Shown here in pieces: positions 45,971-56,510 of a DNA stretch of 64,000 bases. The translations under genes were made by a program, and so were the position numbers. Origin of the DNA: Pseudomonadota bacterium. GTDB taxonomy: Bacteria; Bdellovibrionota; FAC87; UBA2466. The notes below the pieces were generated by a model, which made no database searches, had not been told where the DNA came from, and saw only the letters and a program-made list of their open reading frames with translations. Numbering within the stretch: the stretch's first letter is position 1; each line of letters begins with the position of its first letter. The stretch spans positions 1 to 64,000 of the forward strand of contig JAYSWN010000069.1 in assembly GCA_043718025.1 (NCBI GenBank). The letters run 5' to 3'.

Positions 45971-48073
45971 ATGGGAGATTTTATGGCTCAACGCTTTGCA
46001 TCTTTTTTTGTTTTCACCCTTCTTAGCTTGCCCCTCGCCTTCAGCGCCGTTGAGGATCCGAACCAGTGGTTAGAAGAGATCGAATCGCCTCAGGCGTTGG
46101 ATTGGGCACGGGCGCATAACGACAAGACCATCCCTTTTCTTACCGGACTTTCGATTCACCAACAGATCGAGCCCGAGATTCGCAAAATTGTTCTCGCCAC
46201 CGATCGCATTCCCTCGCCGACGCTGATGGGAAATTTTGTTTACAATTTTTGGCAAGATACCAAAAATGTTCGTGGCCTCTGGCGACGGGCCACCCTAGAA
46301 AGTTACTCGACTGCCCAGATTTCTTGGGAAACGGTTCTCGATCTGGACGCCTTAGCCTCGGCAGAAAAAGAGAACTGGGTCTGGAAAGGGGCCGATTGCT
46401 TGGCGCCCCATTATCAGAAATGTTTACTCCAGCTCTCTAACGGTGGAAAAGACGCGGTGACCGTACGCGAATGGGACACGCAAGCGAAGGCCTTTGTGGC
46501 CGGCGGCTTTACGCTGGCCGAAGCCAAATCACGGGTGGCTTGGCTGGACAACGAAACCTTGCTCTTAGGAACTGATTTTGGCCCGGGTAGCCTAACTCTC
46601 TCCGGATACCCACGTGTAGTAAAAGCGTGGAAACGCGGCACCAAATTGGAAACCGCCACCACTTTGTACGAAGGTAAAACCGATGACATGATGGTCAACG
46701 CCCAAACGTTTCACGGCGTAAACGGCGCCTTCGCTTTTATTTCTCGCCGCGTCGCCTTCTTCGAGCAGGAACTTTTTCGCGTTGGTGAGCAGAATAAAAT
46801 CACGCCCCTGCCCCTTCCTCTAGACGTCGAGATTCATGGAGTTGTCGAAGGGCGCCTGTTGTTCAGCAACAAGAAGGTTATTGGGCGCGGAAAACAGAGT
46901 TACGTGGCCGGTTCATTGCTAGCTTTACCGCTCACCAAAATGAAACCCGACGCTGCGTTTGAAGTTCTCTACGCGCCAACGGCACACACTTCAGTTAGTC
47001 AGGTGACTATCACCGGTCAGACAGTGCTCGTGAACCTTCTCGATGACGTGAAGGGAAAGCTCATTCGCTTGCAAAGGGGTACTCAGCGGTGGAAAGCGCA
47101 GAACGTTGCTTTCCCGCTGGATGGCACTTTAAACGTCGTTGCCGCCGACGAGGTCTCTGAAAATGCTTTCGTCAGCTACGAAAGTTTTCTTACGCCGCCA
47201 TCGCTTTACTTACTCGTCAAGCAGGAGCCGACGCTCACCAAACAGCTGCCGGCACGTTTCGAGGCCAGCGCCTTTGAAACCAAGCAGCAATGGGCGAAGA
47301 GTAAAGACGGGGTTAACGTTCCCTATTTCGTAGTTCAAAAAAAGGGGCTCAAGCTCGACGGCAGCCATCCAACGTTGCTGTACGGATACGGTGGTTTTCT
47401 ACTAGCCCAAAAACCAAGTTATCTCTCGGCCACCGGAAAGGTGTGGCTAGAGCGCGGAGGCGTTTACGCCTTAGCTAACATAAGAGGCGGCAATGAATTT
47501 GGCCCGGGCTGGCACCAAGCCGCGTTAAGAGAAAAGCGGCAAAGTGCATTCAATGATTTCATCGCGGTGGCCGAAGATTTGATTGCGAAGAAAATAACGT
47601 CACCGGCGAAGTTGGGCATTCGCGGCGGAAGCAACGGCGGCTTGCTGATGGGGGCCATGCTTACCCAACGCCCGGAACTATTCGGCGCCATAGTTTGCCA
47701 AGTGCCGTTGCTCGACATGCTGCGATTTCATAAGCTGCTGGCCGGTCATAGCTGGACCGCCGAGTACGGAAACCCCGATAACGCAAAAGACGCTGAGTAC
47801 ATAGCCAAATACTCACCGTACCAAAATGTAAAAGCCGGGGTGAAGTACCCAAAAATGTTCGTGCTCACGTCGACCAAAGACGATCGCGTGCATCCGGGGC
47901 ACGCCAGAAAAATGGTGGCAAAGCTAGAAACTCTAAGCCAACCCGTTCTATATTACGAAAACATTGAGGGTGGTCACGGCGGGGCGGCAAACTTAGAGCA
48001 GACCATTCGCAATACCGCTCTGTACTTTAGTTACCTGTGGGATCAGTTGGGTACCGTCAACTCGGTGAAGTGA
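45971..48073 (+). CDS. secreted prolyl oligopeptidase (S9A)
   Basis: DPNQWLE, SKDG..VPY, YGYGGF, NIRGGNEFG, GGSNGGLL, DDRVHPGH, GGHG. Confidence 0.95.
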   Translation: MGDFMAQRFASFFVFTLLSLPLAFSAVEDPNQWLEEIESPQALDWARAHNDKTIPFLTGLSIHQQIEPEIRKIVLATDRIPSPTLMGNFVYNFWQDTKNVRGLWRRATLESYSTAQISWETVLDLDALASAEKENWVWKGADCLAPHYQKCLLQLSNGGKDAVTVREWDTQAKAFVAGGFTLAEAKSRVAWLDNETLLLGTDFGPGSLTLSGYPRVVKAWKRGTKLETATTLYEGKTDDMMVNAQTFHGVNGAFAFISRRVAFFEQELFRVGEQNKITPLPLPLDVEIHGVVEGRLLFSNKKVIGRGKQSYVAGSLLALPLTKMKPDAAFEVLYAPTAHTSVSQVTITGQTVLVNLLDDVKGKLIRLQRGTQRWKAQNVAFPLDGTLNVVAADEVSENAFVSYESFLTPPSLYLLVKQEPTLTKQLPARFEASAFETKQQWAKSKDGVNVPYFVVQKKGLKLDGSHPTLLYGYGGFLLAQKPSYLSATGKVWLERGGVYALANIRGGNEFGPGWHQAALREKRQSAFNDFIAVAEDLIAKKITSPAKLGIRGGSNGGLLMGAMLTQRPELFGAIVCQVPLLDMLRFHKLLAGHSWTAEYGNPDNAKDAEYIAKYSPYQNVKAGVKYPKMFVLTSTKDDRVHPGHARKMVAKLETLSQPVLYYENIEGGHGGAANLEQTIRNTALYFSYLWDQLGTVNSVK

Positions 48074-48080
48074 TGTTGAA

Positions 48081-49349
48081 TTAATTACGCGAAAAGACGC
48101 CCACCACTTCCACGTGGTGCGACCAGACAAATTGGTCGATGAGTTGAAGCGAGTTTAGTTGATAACCACCGTCGCACAATATGCGGGCATCGCGGGCAAA
48201 CGACATGGGATTACAAGAGATCGCCACTAAAGTGGAAATTCTTGATGACGCCAGCGCCTCCGCTTGGCGCTCACAACCCGCCCGCGGCGGGTCAAAAACC
48301 ACGGCGTCGTATCGTCTGAGATCTTCACGCCGTAAAGGATTCTTAAATAAATCGCGCCGAATGGCCTTTAACGGAAATCGGCCCGCGGCTTTTCCCAACG
48401 CCTTAACCGCCGCCGGTGACATTTCAAACGCGTCTACCGTTCCTTTGGCGAGCATTGGCCCCGAAAAAGTGCCGCAGCCCGAAAACAGATCCGCAAAATT
48501 GCCCTTGGCCGGTAAAGCGTCCATTACCGCTTTTACTAGCGCCCTTTCCCCCTCGCGCGTGGGTTGCATAAAGGCGGCGGGAGGAAGCGCCACCGTAAGC
48601 TCGCCAAATTTAGCCAACAATTGCCCGCTGCCCAACAGCCCGTGAACCGCCGAATCCTCATTAGTTCGCCAACTCAAGCGGGCCACCTTTTTGCTGGTGA
48701 AAAGCGGCATCAGCGCGTCGACCACAAACTTATCGGGCTCATCAAACTTACCGAGCGGTCCAGTAATCACGACTTCCGCATTTTCTCCAACCAGCTGAAT
48801 AAAAATATCCACCGCTTTGCCTTCGGTGAGAATTCGGCCCAGTAGCGGCTTAACCGCATCCCGAATGGCCAATATTTTCGGATCGGCCACCAGGCAGGTA
48901 TTGATATCGGAAATCTGGCGTGATCGGCGGCGGTAGTAGCCTAAAATCACTTGCCCCTTTTGGCGTAGGGCAGAAAACGTGGCTCGCCGCCGGGTCTGAG
49001 CCGGCACGAACACCGGCGGCAATAGCCGGCGTGGGCTTACGCGCACTTTACGAAGTGCGTCTTTGACCATCTCGACTTTCCAATCGCGATAATACTTTTC
49101 GTTAAGGTGCTGGAGGCTGCAATTTCCGCACACGTCATAATGGCGGCAGGGCGCCGGCTGGCGAAAGGGAGATGGCTTCACCAGGTTTACCACTTCGGCC
49201 CGAATGATACCTTGGCCGTCGCGCTGGATTTTGGCTTTGATGCGGTCGCCGGGCAGCCCGCGATCCACAAACACCCGGCCGCGGGGGCCAAAGTGAATGC
49301 CGTCGCCCTGGGGGCCCAGTTGTTGAATAGTGAGATCGGCAAACGCCAT
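48081..49349 (-). CDS. 23S rRNA (uracil-5)-methyltransferase, RlmD/TrmA family
   Basis: TRAM domain, C-x5-CGNC cluster, FMQ, DLFSGCGTF, DPPRAG, ISCNP, DQF..SHHVE. Confidence 0.88.
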   Translation of the reverse strand: MAFADLTIQQLGPQGDGIHFGPRGRVFVDRGLPGDRIKAKIQRDGQGIIRAEVVNLVKPSPFRQPAPCRHYDVCGNCSLQHLNEKYYRDWKVEMVKDALRKVRVSPRRLLPPVFVPAQTRRRATFSALRQKGQVILGYYRRRSRQISDINTCLVADPKILAIRDAVKPLLGRILTEGKAVDIFIQLVGENAEVVITGPLGKFDEPDKFVVDALMPLFTSKKVARLSWRTNEDSAVHGLLGSGQLLAKFGELTVALPPAAFMQPTREGERALVKAVMDALPAKGNFADLFSGCGTFSGPMLAKGTVDAFEMSPAAVKALGKAAGRFPLKAIRRDLFKNPLRREDLRRYDAVVFDPPRAGCERQAEALASSRISTLVAISCNPMSFARDARILCDGGYQLNSLQLIDQFVWSHHVEVVGVFSRN

Positions 49350-49433
49350 GGCGGGCTATTAACCACAATTTAAGGCGTGATTGCCAATGAAAAGGCGCTT
49401 AACGCGTCTAACTACTCCTGGTGATGCCCGATT

Positions 49434-49823
49434 CTAGTCTAGCGGCGCACCCATCTGAGCAAACAGGGTGGCCTTATCCCAGTACCCTCGCTGGGTTTTG
49501 ATTTTGCCGTCCACGATGTGAAAAAAACCACTGCCCCTAAGCGCAAACGGCTTTCCATTGGGCTTAAAGGTACCGCCGCTCGACCACTCCAGCCCAACCC
49601 AATCGCCATCTTCTAAAAAATTTTCTTCGCGGGTGAAATGGTCAGGTATCGAGGCAAAGAACTCGGCATAGTCTTCGTGAATTGCCTTTTTTCCGCAAAG
49701 CGGTTCGCCCACCGCAATCTGTAAGTTTACCGCGTCATCATGATATAGCGCAGCCAGGCCATCGGCATTGCCGCTGTTCATGCAACTGATCCACTCTTTA
49801 AGCACTTGTTTGGGTGTTTTCAA
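49434..49823 (-). CDS. SnoaL-like/NTF2-family protein
   Basis: LAALYHDDA, LEW, LRGSGFF..DGKI..QRGYWDK; SD GGAGG. Confidence 0.85.
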   Translation of the reverse strand: MKTPKQVLKEWISCMNSGNADGLAALYHDDAVNLQIAVGEPLCGKKAIHEDYAEFFASIPDHFTREENFLEDGDWVGLEWSSGGTFKPNGKPFALRGSGFFHIVDGKIKTQRGYWDKATLFAQMGAPLD

Positions 49824-49844
49824 AAACGCCTCCGCTAGCAGCGG

Positions 49845-50672
49845 TCACTTTACCAGGCGAATGCCCTCTTTTTCAAAGGTGATGCGTCCTTGTTTCAAAA
49901 GGCCACCCACCGCCATTTTGTACTTTTTCTTACTCACCCCGAGTAGGTCGGAGATCTCTTCGGGGGTGGACTTATCGTTAATGGCGAGAAAACCGCCGAC
50001 TCTGGCCAGGAGCGAAATAATCTGCTCGCCGATATCTCCGGCCGCTTCAAAACCTGCGGGCGTCAGGCTGAGATCAATTTTTGAGTCTTCGCGCACTTTC
50101 TTAATGTAGCCAATTCTGCGATCCCCCGTTTCGACAGGTGAAAAGATCTCATTCTGATAAATCACACCCGCGTGGCGGTGATTGATGATCGCGTTAAAAC
50201 CTAAATCACTCTGACGGGTGATGAGCAGACTCACCTTTTGGCCAACAAAATAATCCCCCGGAGTCTTGTCAAAAAAATCGTCTTCGCGCATCGAGGCGGT
50301 GATCCGGCCGCGGTTGTCTAAAAAAGCGAAGACGATCACCCCTTGTCCCTTTTGCACGCTCTGGGAAAACTCGCGCGCCGGCAGAAACAGATCTTTATCC
50401 AAACCCCAATCGAGAAAGGCACCGCTGTCGGTGACCCCTAAAACTTCGAGCCAGGCAAACTCCCCCACCATGATGTAGGGGCGATCGGTGGTTGCCACCA
50501 GCTGCTCGGAAGCATCGTAATACAGAAACACGTTGATCGTCTGTCCCTCACGGCACTCTTTGGGGGCCAGAGCGAGAGCGAGTGGAATCTCACCAAATTC
50601 AGCGCCATCTAAAAGCACGGCCTGCGGGGTGACTTCGAGCACGGTTAGGTTATTTAGGCGGCCGATCTGCAT
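49845..50672 (-). CDS. CvfB/YitL-family S1 RNA-binding protein
   Basis: MQIGRLNNL, GAFLDWGLDKDLFLP, GYIKKVREDSKIDLSL, DKSTPEEI...SKKKYKMAVG; start re-picked at 50672. Confidence 0.88.
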   Translation of the reverse strand: MQIGRLNNLTVLEVTPQAVLLDGAEFGEIPLALALAPKECREGQTINVFLYYDASEQLVATTDRPYIMVGEFAWLEVLGVTDSGAFLDWGLDKDLFLPAREFSQSVQKGQGVIVFAFLDNRGRITASMREDDFFDKTPGDYFVGQKVSLLITRQSDLGFNAIINHRHAGVIYQNEIFSPVETGDRRIGYIKKVREDSKIDLSLTPAGFEAAGDIGEQIISLLARVGGFLAINDKSTPEEISDLLGVSKKKYKMAVGGLLKQGRITFEKEGIRLVK

Positions 50673-50778
50673 GGCTGGAGTGTTTACAGCAACTGCATGA
50701 AAAAAGGTAGGGTGGTTTCGATCGGGGAGAGCAGCAGAGCGATCCCCCGAAAAATTCGGAGGACCGCCGCGTGTTGAA

Positions 50779-51636
50779 TTACTTAGGTAATTTGCAGTTT
50801 TCAAGCGTGAGGTCGATTTTGTTATCGGCCCCCATGCAATCGTAAACCCAAGAAATTTGCTGGCCGTAGCTCAAGCCTTTCTTGAAGGTGATTTTGCCGT
50901 CTTTGTCCTCTTCGCATGGGTTGTTCAACGTGCACTCCTGGCCGCTTTCATTGCCAGTGTTATTCACGCCGACCACGGTTTTAGAACCCGCGGCAATTAC
51001 CGGCGAACCTGAAGTTCCAGGAATGGTTTCGCATCCGGGTTGCGAATAGCGAACTGACTGCTCCCAAGTCCAGCCGCCCTCTTTCAATTTGTGAACCGTA
51101 TCGCTAACCGCACAGGAGTAGCCGCGTTTCCAATAGCCCGACAACACTTCGATGGGCGCTTGCGAAACCACCCGCTCCGAAGCCAGCGTTAGCGGCGCCA
51201 CGCTAAATTCACTTTTAATTTCATCATAAGTTTTTTCCACCTGGTACAAAGCCATGTCGGTGAGGGTCATGGTGCCGTAGAGAATCTGTTTCGCGGTGAC
51301 TCGGCCCGCGGATTTTGCGGCCTTGTTTAAAAGCGTGAAGCTACGGGTCGAGGCTTTGTTCAGCACGAACTGGCCCGGCTTCATAAAGCCGCCTTCGAGG
51401 CAATGGCCGTTGGTCAAAACCATGGCGGCATCGCTATCGGAAGAGGTTTCAAAGCGAACCAAACTCCCGGAGCAGTTATTAAGCGCCACGATGCCCTCAA
51501 AGTCGTGGTCGTCGGAAAAGGTGTCGGGCATTAAGCCGCCATCCAAAAGTTCCAAAGACTGGTTAAGGTGAAGTGGCAAGGCGTTAGCTTGAAACGCAAG
51601 CACCGCCGTAAATACGAACGCAAGAGTTTTTGTCAT
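50779..51636 (-). CDS. secreted trypsin-like serine protease
   Basis: CSGSLV, LTNGHC, DMAL, PGTSGSP; start re-picked at 51636. Confidence 0.88.
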   Translation of the reverse strand: MTKTLAFVFTAVLAFQANALPLHLNQSLELLDGGLMPDTFSDDHDFEGIVALNNCSGSLVRFETSSDSDAAMVLTNGHCLEGGFMKPGQFVLNKASTRSFTLLNKAAKSAGRVTAKQILYGTMTLTDMALYQVEKTYDEIKSEFSVAPLTLASERVVSQAPIEVLSGYWKRGYSCAVSDTVHKLKEGGWTWEQSVRYSQPGCETIPGTSGSPVIAAGSKTVVGVNNTGNESGQECTLNNPCEEDKDGKITFKKGLSYGQQISWVYDCMGADNKIDLTLENCKLPK

Positions 51637-51792
51637 TAGTCCCCCAAAGACGAATTGCAGATTTAAGTGAAATCTATACGAAAAAAAAACAATGCAAACG
51701 CGCGTGGTGTCAGCGGCGTTTCGCCAAGCATTCAAAACGTGAGTTTTGATTGCGACGCTTTGCGGCGACTGTTTCGCAAATTAGAGGGACAA

Positions 51793-52395
51793 TTATTTTT
51801 TCAGGGCGCTGATTACGGCGCCAATCAGGTCTACATTTTCGGGAATATTATGTTTTCCGTAGGCGTCACGGGGAGCAATAAAGACCACGCCCTTTTTCTG
51901 AAGCTGCTTCACATTCTCTTCGAAAATACTATTGTGCATGTCGCCGTGCATGGTCGGCGCCACCAAAATTTTAGTTTTGCCCCGTTCCATCAGGCCCAAG
52001 GCCGAAGCCAAAGTGGTGGTGAGCACGCCATCGGCCACGCCGATCGCAAATTTATTGATCGTGTTGTAGGTCGCCGGAGCAAGCAAATACGCATCGAATG
52101 GCTGATCTTTGTGCAGATGCTCGGAGGCCGAGGTTAGCTCGCTTACTACGGAGTTGGTGGTCGCCCACTCCAGCGCCATTTTGGTGGTGTAGTTTAGCGC
52201 GTCTTTAGAAACGTAGGCGGTAACGTTAGCGCCGTGGCGACGAAGATCACGCGCCAACATTGGCGCCCGTATGGCGGCAATTCCGCCGCTTATCAACAGG
52301 GCAAGGTTTCTCCCCTTCAGTTCCACTCCTAGTTGAGGAACGTCATGATCACCCATTTTAGATTCGGTTGGCGGACGTACAGACCACATAGGCAA
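51793..52395 (-). CDS. stand-alone HFCD flavoprotein (CoaC/phosphopantothenoylcysteine decarboxylase-like)
   Basis: ISGGIAA, EHL, APATYNTINK...G.AD, APTMH. Confidence 0.75.
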   Translation of the reverse strand: MPMWSVRPPTESKMGDHDVPQLGVELKGRNLALLISGGIAAIRAPMLARDLRRHGANVTAYVSKDALNYTTKMALEWATTNSVVSELTSASEHLHKDQPFDAYLLAPATYNTINKFAIGVADGVLTTTLASALGLMERGKTKILVAPTMHGDMHNSIFEENVKQLQKKGVVFIAPRDAYGKHNIPENVDLIGAVISALKK

Positions 52396-52518
52396 TCTTA
52401 TGGAGGAAATCAGAATCTATGGCAAGGTTGTCGATTCGGTTGGAAAAAGGCAGCTATCGGGGGGCGCCGTCACTTTGCCCCCTTGCCGGGGTTTCGGGCG
52501 GTGGCATAAAACTACGCA

Positions 52519-52710
52519 ATGGAATCGGAAGTGTCTGAATTGATGAATGAGCTGCGCAAGCTCGAACGCCAGGCCAAAGGGCTGATCTATAAGATGGAAC
52601 GGTTGCAAAAAGAGTGGAACGGCGTGAAGCGCGAGCTGGGTGAAAAGGGCAAAGAGGTCTCGCACGAGCTTGGCGATGTGCTGAATGGTTGGAGCAAAAA
52701 GAGCTTCTAG
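52519..52710 (+). CDS. small coiled-coil protein
   Basis: 63-aa heptad-like ORF filling an intergenic gap, followed by a hairpin. Confidence 0.55.
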   Translation: MESEVSELMNELRKLERQAKGLIYKMERLQKEWNGVKRELGEKGKEVSHELGDVLNGWSKKSF

Positions 52711-52741
52711 AGACCAAGCGGGCTGGAGAGATTAGATACAG

Positions 52742-52780
52742 CAAGGTGGCCACCCGCCATTCGGCGAGGCAGCCACCTTG
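52742..52780. terminator. hairpin between convergent genes
   Basis: CAAGGTGGC...GCCACCTTG inverted repeat. Confidence 0.5.
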
Positions 52781-52785
52781 ATAAA

Positions 52786-53517
52786 TTACTTAGTTTCGAG
52801 CTCTTCCATCTTATTCACGGCCTTGCCGTTCATCGATCGGACGTGAAGCAGAAAGTTACCCTTCGGCAGGTTTGTGAGTGCCTGCTTAAATTCGAAGCGC
52901 GGGCGAGCGGCTAATAGCGCATCTTCGGCGTCCGCACTTTTGCTTACCTCAACGATCGGCTGCACCACCACCACATCGTGGTAATTGAGCACGCGCACCT
53001 CTTTAATCTTCATGCGCTTACTCGGAAAATTGCCGGTGAGATAAAGGGTGGGCCCTTTGCCACCGCGCTCTTCGAGAATCATTGCCTCTTCAACCGGCGC
53101 GTAGACAAAATCATCTGCGACGGGAGTTACCGCCGTTACCACCGGAAGATTACCCAAATATTTTCCGCTATTGGTGTCTTGTACTTCATAATTTGAGGAA
53201 GGGAGCCGGTCGAGATCCACCACCTGATTAAAGGGCACAATCATATCAAGGCAAACCCCGGAATCGCGGTACGCGGCTTGGGTTACCTCAATTTTTGCGG
53301 CGGTTACTTTGGCCGTAACCGGCCCCAATTTGTAACAAGAATCGGGAAACTCTCCGGTGACAACCAACTGCACGTGGTCGTTATCGTCAAAGCCGGTCGG
53401 AATGTAAGCCTTTTTGAGTGGCACCGAAATCAACTCAGCATCGGCCGCCGTTGCGCTAGGAACCCCAACCGAAGCCGCAACAAAAAAAGAAACTACGAAC
53501 CATGAAAAATAACTCAT
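52786..53517 (-). CDS. hypothetical secreted protein with two similar beta domains
   Basis: Signal peptide; YIPTGFDDND, VTGEFPDSCY vs LTGNFPSKRM, LLHVRSMNG. Confidence 0.7.
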   Translation of the reverse strand: MSYFSWFVVSFFVAASVGVPSATAADAELISVPLKKAYIPTGFDDNDHVQLVVTGEFPDSCYKLGPVTAKVTAAKIEVTQAAYRDSGVCLDMIVPFNQVVDLDRLPSSNYEVQDTNSGKYLGNLPVVTAVTPVADDFVYAPVEEAMILEERGGKGPTLYLTGNFPSKRMKIKEVRVLNYHDVVVVQPIVEVSKSADAEDALLAARPRFEFKQALTNLPKGNFLLHVRSMNGKAVNKMEELETK

Positions 53518-53623
53518 TTATAGAACCCCCTTTATGTATTCATGATTTAGCCTCACATTGCTCACACCTAAAGACGCACCCCGTCGCTCGCCTTCGCGTG
53601 AAAAACGCGCTACCTTGCGCAAC

Positions 53624-53926
53624 ATGGCAAAAATAACCTTAACCTTTGCAGACCCCGCCTTTGCCCCGCTAGAAGTGGAAAAAGGATCGCCTTTAACCGA
53701 CGTGTTGGATGGACCGCATTCGCCCGTTTTTTTTGGCTGCCGGAGCGGAAATTGTGGAACGTGTTTGATTGAACTCGATGCGGATTCGGCGCGTTTGGCG
53801 CCCGCTCCCGAGGATCTTGAGAGAGAGTATTTGGAGTTTGCTACGCCAACCAATCCGAATGCGCGCCTAGCGTGTCAGCTAACCGCGGAAGTGAACATGA
53901 AAATAAAATACTTACCGGCCGAGTGA
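53624..53926 (+). CDS. 2Fe-2S ferredoxin
   Basis: FGCRSGNCGTC...RLACQ; start re-picked at 53624. Confidence 0.88.
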   Translation: MAKITLTFADPAFAPLEVEKGSPLTDVLDGPHSPVFFGCRSGNCGTCLIELDADSARLAPAPEDLEREYLEFATPTNPNARLACQLTAEVNMKIKYLPAE

Positions 53927-53961
53927 TCCGCCAATTTTGATTTGCCTCTACTATTCCAGGC

Positions 53962-53995
53962 AAAAAAAAAGGGCACCCCAATGGGGCGCCCTTTT
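53962..53995. terminator. bidirectional intrinsic terminator (ferredoxin / ahcY)
   Basis: A9-GGGCACCCCA-A-TGGGGCGCCC-TTTT. Confidence 0.8.
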
Positions 53996-54016
53996 CAAAA
54001 CAAAAATGATTAAGGC

Positions 54017-55378
54017 CTAGTACTTATATTCGTCCAACTTATAGGGCCCTTCGACCTTCACGTTGATGTACTTTGCTTGTTGAGCGGTAAGCTGGGTCAT
54101 CACCCCGCCAAATCCTTCAACCATGTTACGCGCCACTTCTTCGTCCAATTTCTTGGGAAGCACTCGCACAAACACCGGTTCGGATTTTTTGTCGGCCCAC
54201 TTCAAGGCAAACAGATGCATCTGCGCCAACACTTGGTTGGTGAAAGACCCGTCCATGATGCGCGAAGGGTGGCCGGTGCCGTTGCCTAAGTTTACCAAGC
54301 GGCCTTCGGAGAGGAGGATAAGAAAATTATCTTCGTTCTTCGGGTCACGGTGAATCTTATGCACCTGAGGCTTAATCTCTTGCCACTCGTACTTCTCGCG
54401 CAAGAACTTGGTGTCGATCTCGCTGTCAAAATGGCCAATATTACAAACTACCGCGCCCGATTTTAGCGTGGCCAGCATGTACTTATCGCACACGTCAAAA
54501 TTTCCCGTAGCCGTAACCACGAGATCTAACGTTCCCATCAACGCCTTATCGACGCCGTCTTCTTTGCCGGTGTTAATGCCGTTTTTGTAGGGCGAAACCA
54601 CCTCGTAACCGTCCATACACGCTTGCATGGCGCAGATGGGATCAATTTCGGTGACTTTTACGATCATGCCTTCTTGGCGAAGGCTTTGGGCTGAGCCTTT
54701 GCCCACATCGCCGTAACCCACCACCAGAGCTTTTTTGCCCGCCAGCAGCATGTCGGTTCCGCGTTTTATGGCGTCATTTAAGCTATGTCGACAACCATAT
54801 TTGTTGTCGTTCTTAGACTTGGTAACCGAATCATTTACGTTGATTGCCGGCACCTTAAGCTCGCCCCGCGCCATCATCTCCATCAAGCGGTGCACGCCCG
54901 TGGTCGTTTCTTCAGTAATGCCGTGAATCGAATTCAGCATCTGCGGGTATTTGTTGTGCACCATTTCGGTGAGGTCGCCGCCGTCGTCGAGCAACATGTT
55001 GGCTTCCCACGGCTTACCATTCTTCAGAATGGTCTGTTCGATACACCAGCTGGCCTCTTCGTTAGTTTGGCCCTTCCACGCGTAAACGGCGACACCGATT
55101 GCCGCCATGGCGGCCGCGGCGTGATCTTGGGTGGAAAAAATGTTGCACGATGACCAACGCACTTCCGCGCCCAAATCGACCAGCGTTTCAATCAGAACCG
55201 CGGTTTGAATGGTCATGTGAATGCAGCCGATCACCTTTGCCCCCTTAAGGGGTTTGGTGGCACCGTGCTTTTTGCGCAGGGCCATGAGGGCCGGCATTTC
55301 TCGCTCGGCGAGCTTGATCTCGCGGCGGCCGTAGTCGGCCAAACTTATGTCTTTAACTTTGTAATCTTGATTCGCCAC
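54017..55378 (-). CDS. ahcY: adenosylhomocysteinase
   Basis: [54 protein letters not shown] start behind AAGGAG. Confidence 0.96.
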   Translation of the reverse strand: MANQDYKVKDISLADYGRREIKLAEREMPALMALRKKHGATKPLKGAKVIGCIHMTIQTAVLIETLVDLGAEVRWSSCNIFSTQDHAAAAMAAIGVAVYAWKGQTNEEASWCIEQTILKNGKPWEANMLLDDGGDLTEMVHNKYPQMLNSIHGITEETTTGVHRLMEMMARGELKVPAINVNDSVTKSKNDNKYGCRHSLNDAIKRGTDMLLAGKKALVVGYGDVGKGSAQSLRQEGMIVKVTEIDPICAMQACMDGYEVVSPYKNGINTGKEDGVDKALMGTLDLVVTATGNFDVCDKYMLATLKSGAVVCNIGHFDSEIDTKFLREKYEWQEIKPQVHKIHRDPKNEDNFLILLSEGRLVNLGNGTGHPSRIMDGSFTNQVLAQMHLFALKWADKKSEPVFVRVLPKKLDEEVARNMVEGFGGVMTQLTAQQAKYINVKVEGPYKLDEYKY

Positions 55379-55406
55379 TTGTTTCTCCTTCTGACTTTTC
55401 TTATTT

Positions 55407-56405
55407 TTATTCTTTGCAAAACAGCCGAAGCTGAATTTGAAAACCATTTTTCAATCCTAGGTAAGAGCTTTGCTCTTCGACAAACCCAGAGCTTTCTGCC
55501 CAATGTTTGAGCTCTTCGGGATCAAACCCCAACCACACATCGCCGCAAGAGGACTTAGTCCACTCTTGATTGTGGGCGCTTAAATCGGCCACCAGCACGT
55601 AACCACCGCGAACCACGATTCGCGCCAATTTTTGAAACGCCCGCGCCGGCGACGGCATGTGGTGCAGCACCATATTTAAAACCACTGCAGAAAATGCCGC
55701 GGGGTCGGGAGAATAAGCCTCTAGCGATGAATTCACAAATTCAATTTTGGGGTTGCCCTTAAGGCGACCGCGGGTGAGGTCGAGCATCTTCCCTGAGTTA
55801 TCGAGCGCCACCAAATGCCGAAAGCGTTTCGCTAGCTCTTGTAACAACCGGCCCTGACCGGGCCCCACTTCCATCACTTGGCTGCTCTTGGGCAGTTCCA
55901 TTAAATCGAGCAGCTCTTTTAAATTGGTGAAGTACTGATCGGGTTCACACAATAGCCCCTGCTTCTCCTCGAAGCGGCCCGCGTTTTTTTGAAAATATTG
56001 CTGCGACTGGAGCGAACGTTCTTTGTAAACGGTGGCAATTCTTTTAGCACTCTGTGCACTTATCGCAACTGAGTCGATGGTAGCGTAAAGCGTGGCTTGA
56101 AAATCATCTAAACCACTCTCGCCCATGAGCACCGCCCGGCGATAAAAAATGGAGTTGCCTTCACGGCGTGTCACCAACAGCCCACATTGTGACAAGATTT
56201 TTAAGTGATGACTCATGCCGGGCTGGGGCATTGAAAAAATGGCCGCAAGCTCCTGCACCCCGAATGAGTCGTGGCTAAGCACCCGTAAAATATCCAAGCG
56301 AAGCGAATCGGCGGCGGCTTTACAAAGCGCAACCAACGAACGTTGAGTTGAAACCAACGGGCTCTTTTCGGCCTCTTTTTGATTTGCGAGTTGAGACACC
56401 GGCAC
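55407..56405 (-). CDS. sahR: ArsR-family HTH fused to a SAM-binding methyltransferase-like domain (SahR/SamR-like SAM-cycle regulator)
   Basis: [50 protein letters not shown]...CGDVWLGF; directly upstream of ahcY. Confidence 0.8.
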   Translation of the reverse strand: MPVSQLANQKEAEKSPLVSTQRSLVALCKAAADSLRLDILRVLSHDSFGVQELAAIFSMPQPGMSHHLKILSQCGLLVTRREGNSIFYRRAVLMGESGLDDFQATLYATIDSVAISAQSAKRIATVYKERSLQSQQYFQKNAGRFEEKQGLLCEPDQYFTNLKELLDLMELPKSSQVMEVGPGQGRLLQELAKRFRHLVALDNSGKMLDLTRGRLKGNPKIEFVNSSLEAYSPDPAAFSAVVLNMVLHHMPSPARAFQKLARIVVRGGYVLVADLSAHNQEWTKSSCGDVWLGFDPEELKHWAESSGFVEEQSSYLGLKNGFQIQLRLFCKE

Positions 56406-56436
56406 ACCTTAATGGGTAATCGGCCACTTTCAAAAC

Positions 56437-56458
56437 TATATTAACATTTATTTATATA
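56437..56458. promoter_or_regulatory. candidate SahR operator
   Basis: TATATTAACATTTATTTATATA imperfect palindrome resembling ATATCAA-N6-TTGATAT, upstream of sahR. Confidence 0.45.
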
Positions 56459-56510
56459 GATAATTATGAATATTGATAACTAATTGTATTTACGATGATG
56501 ATCATGGTGA

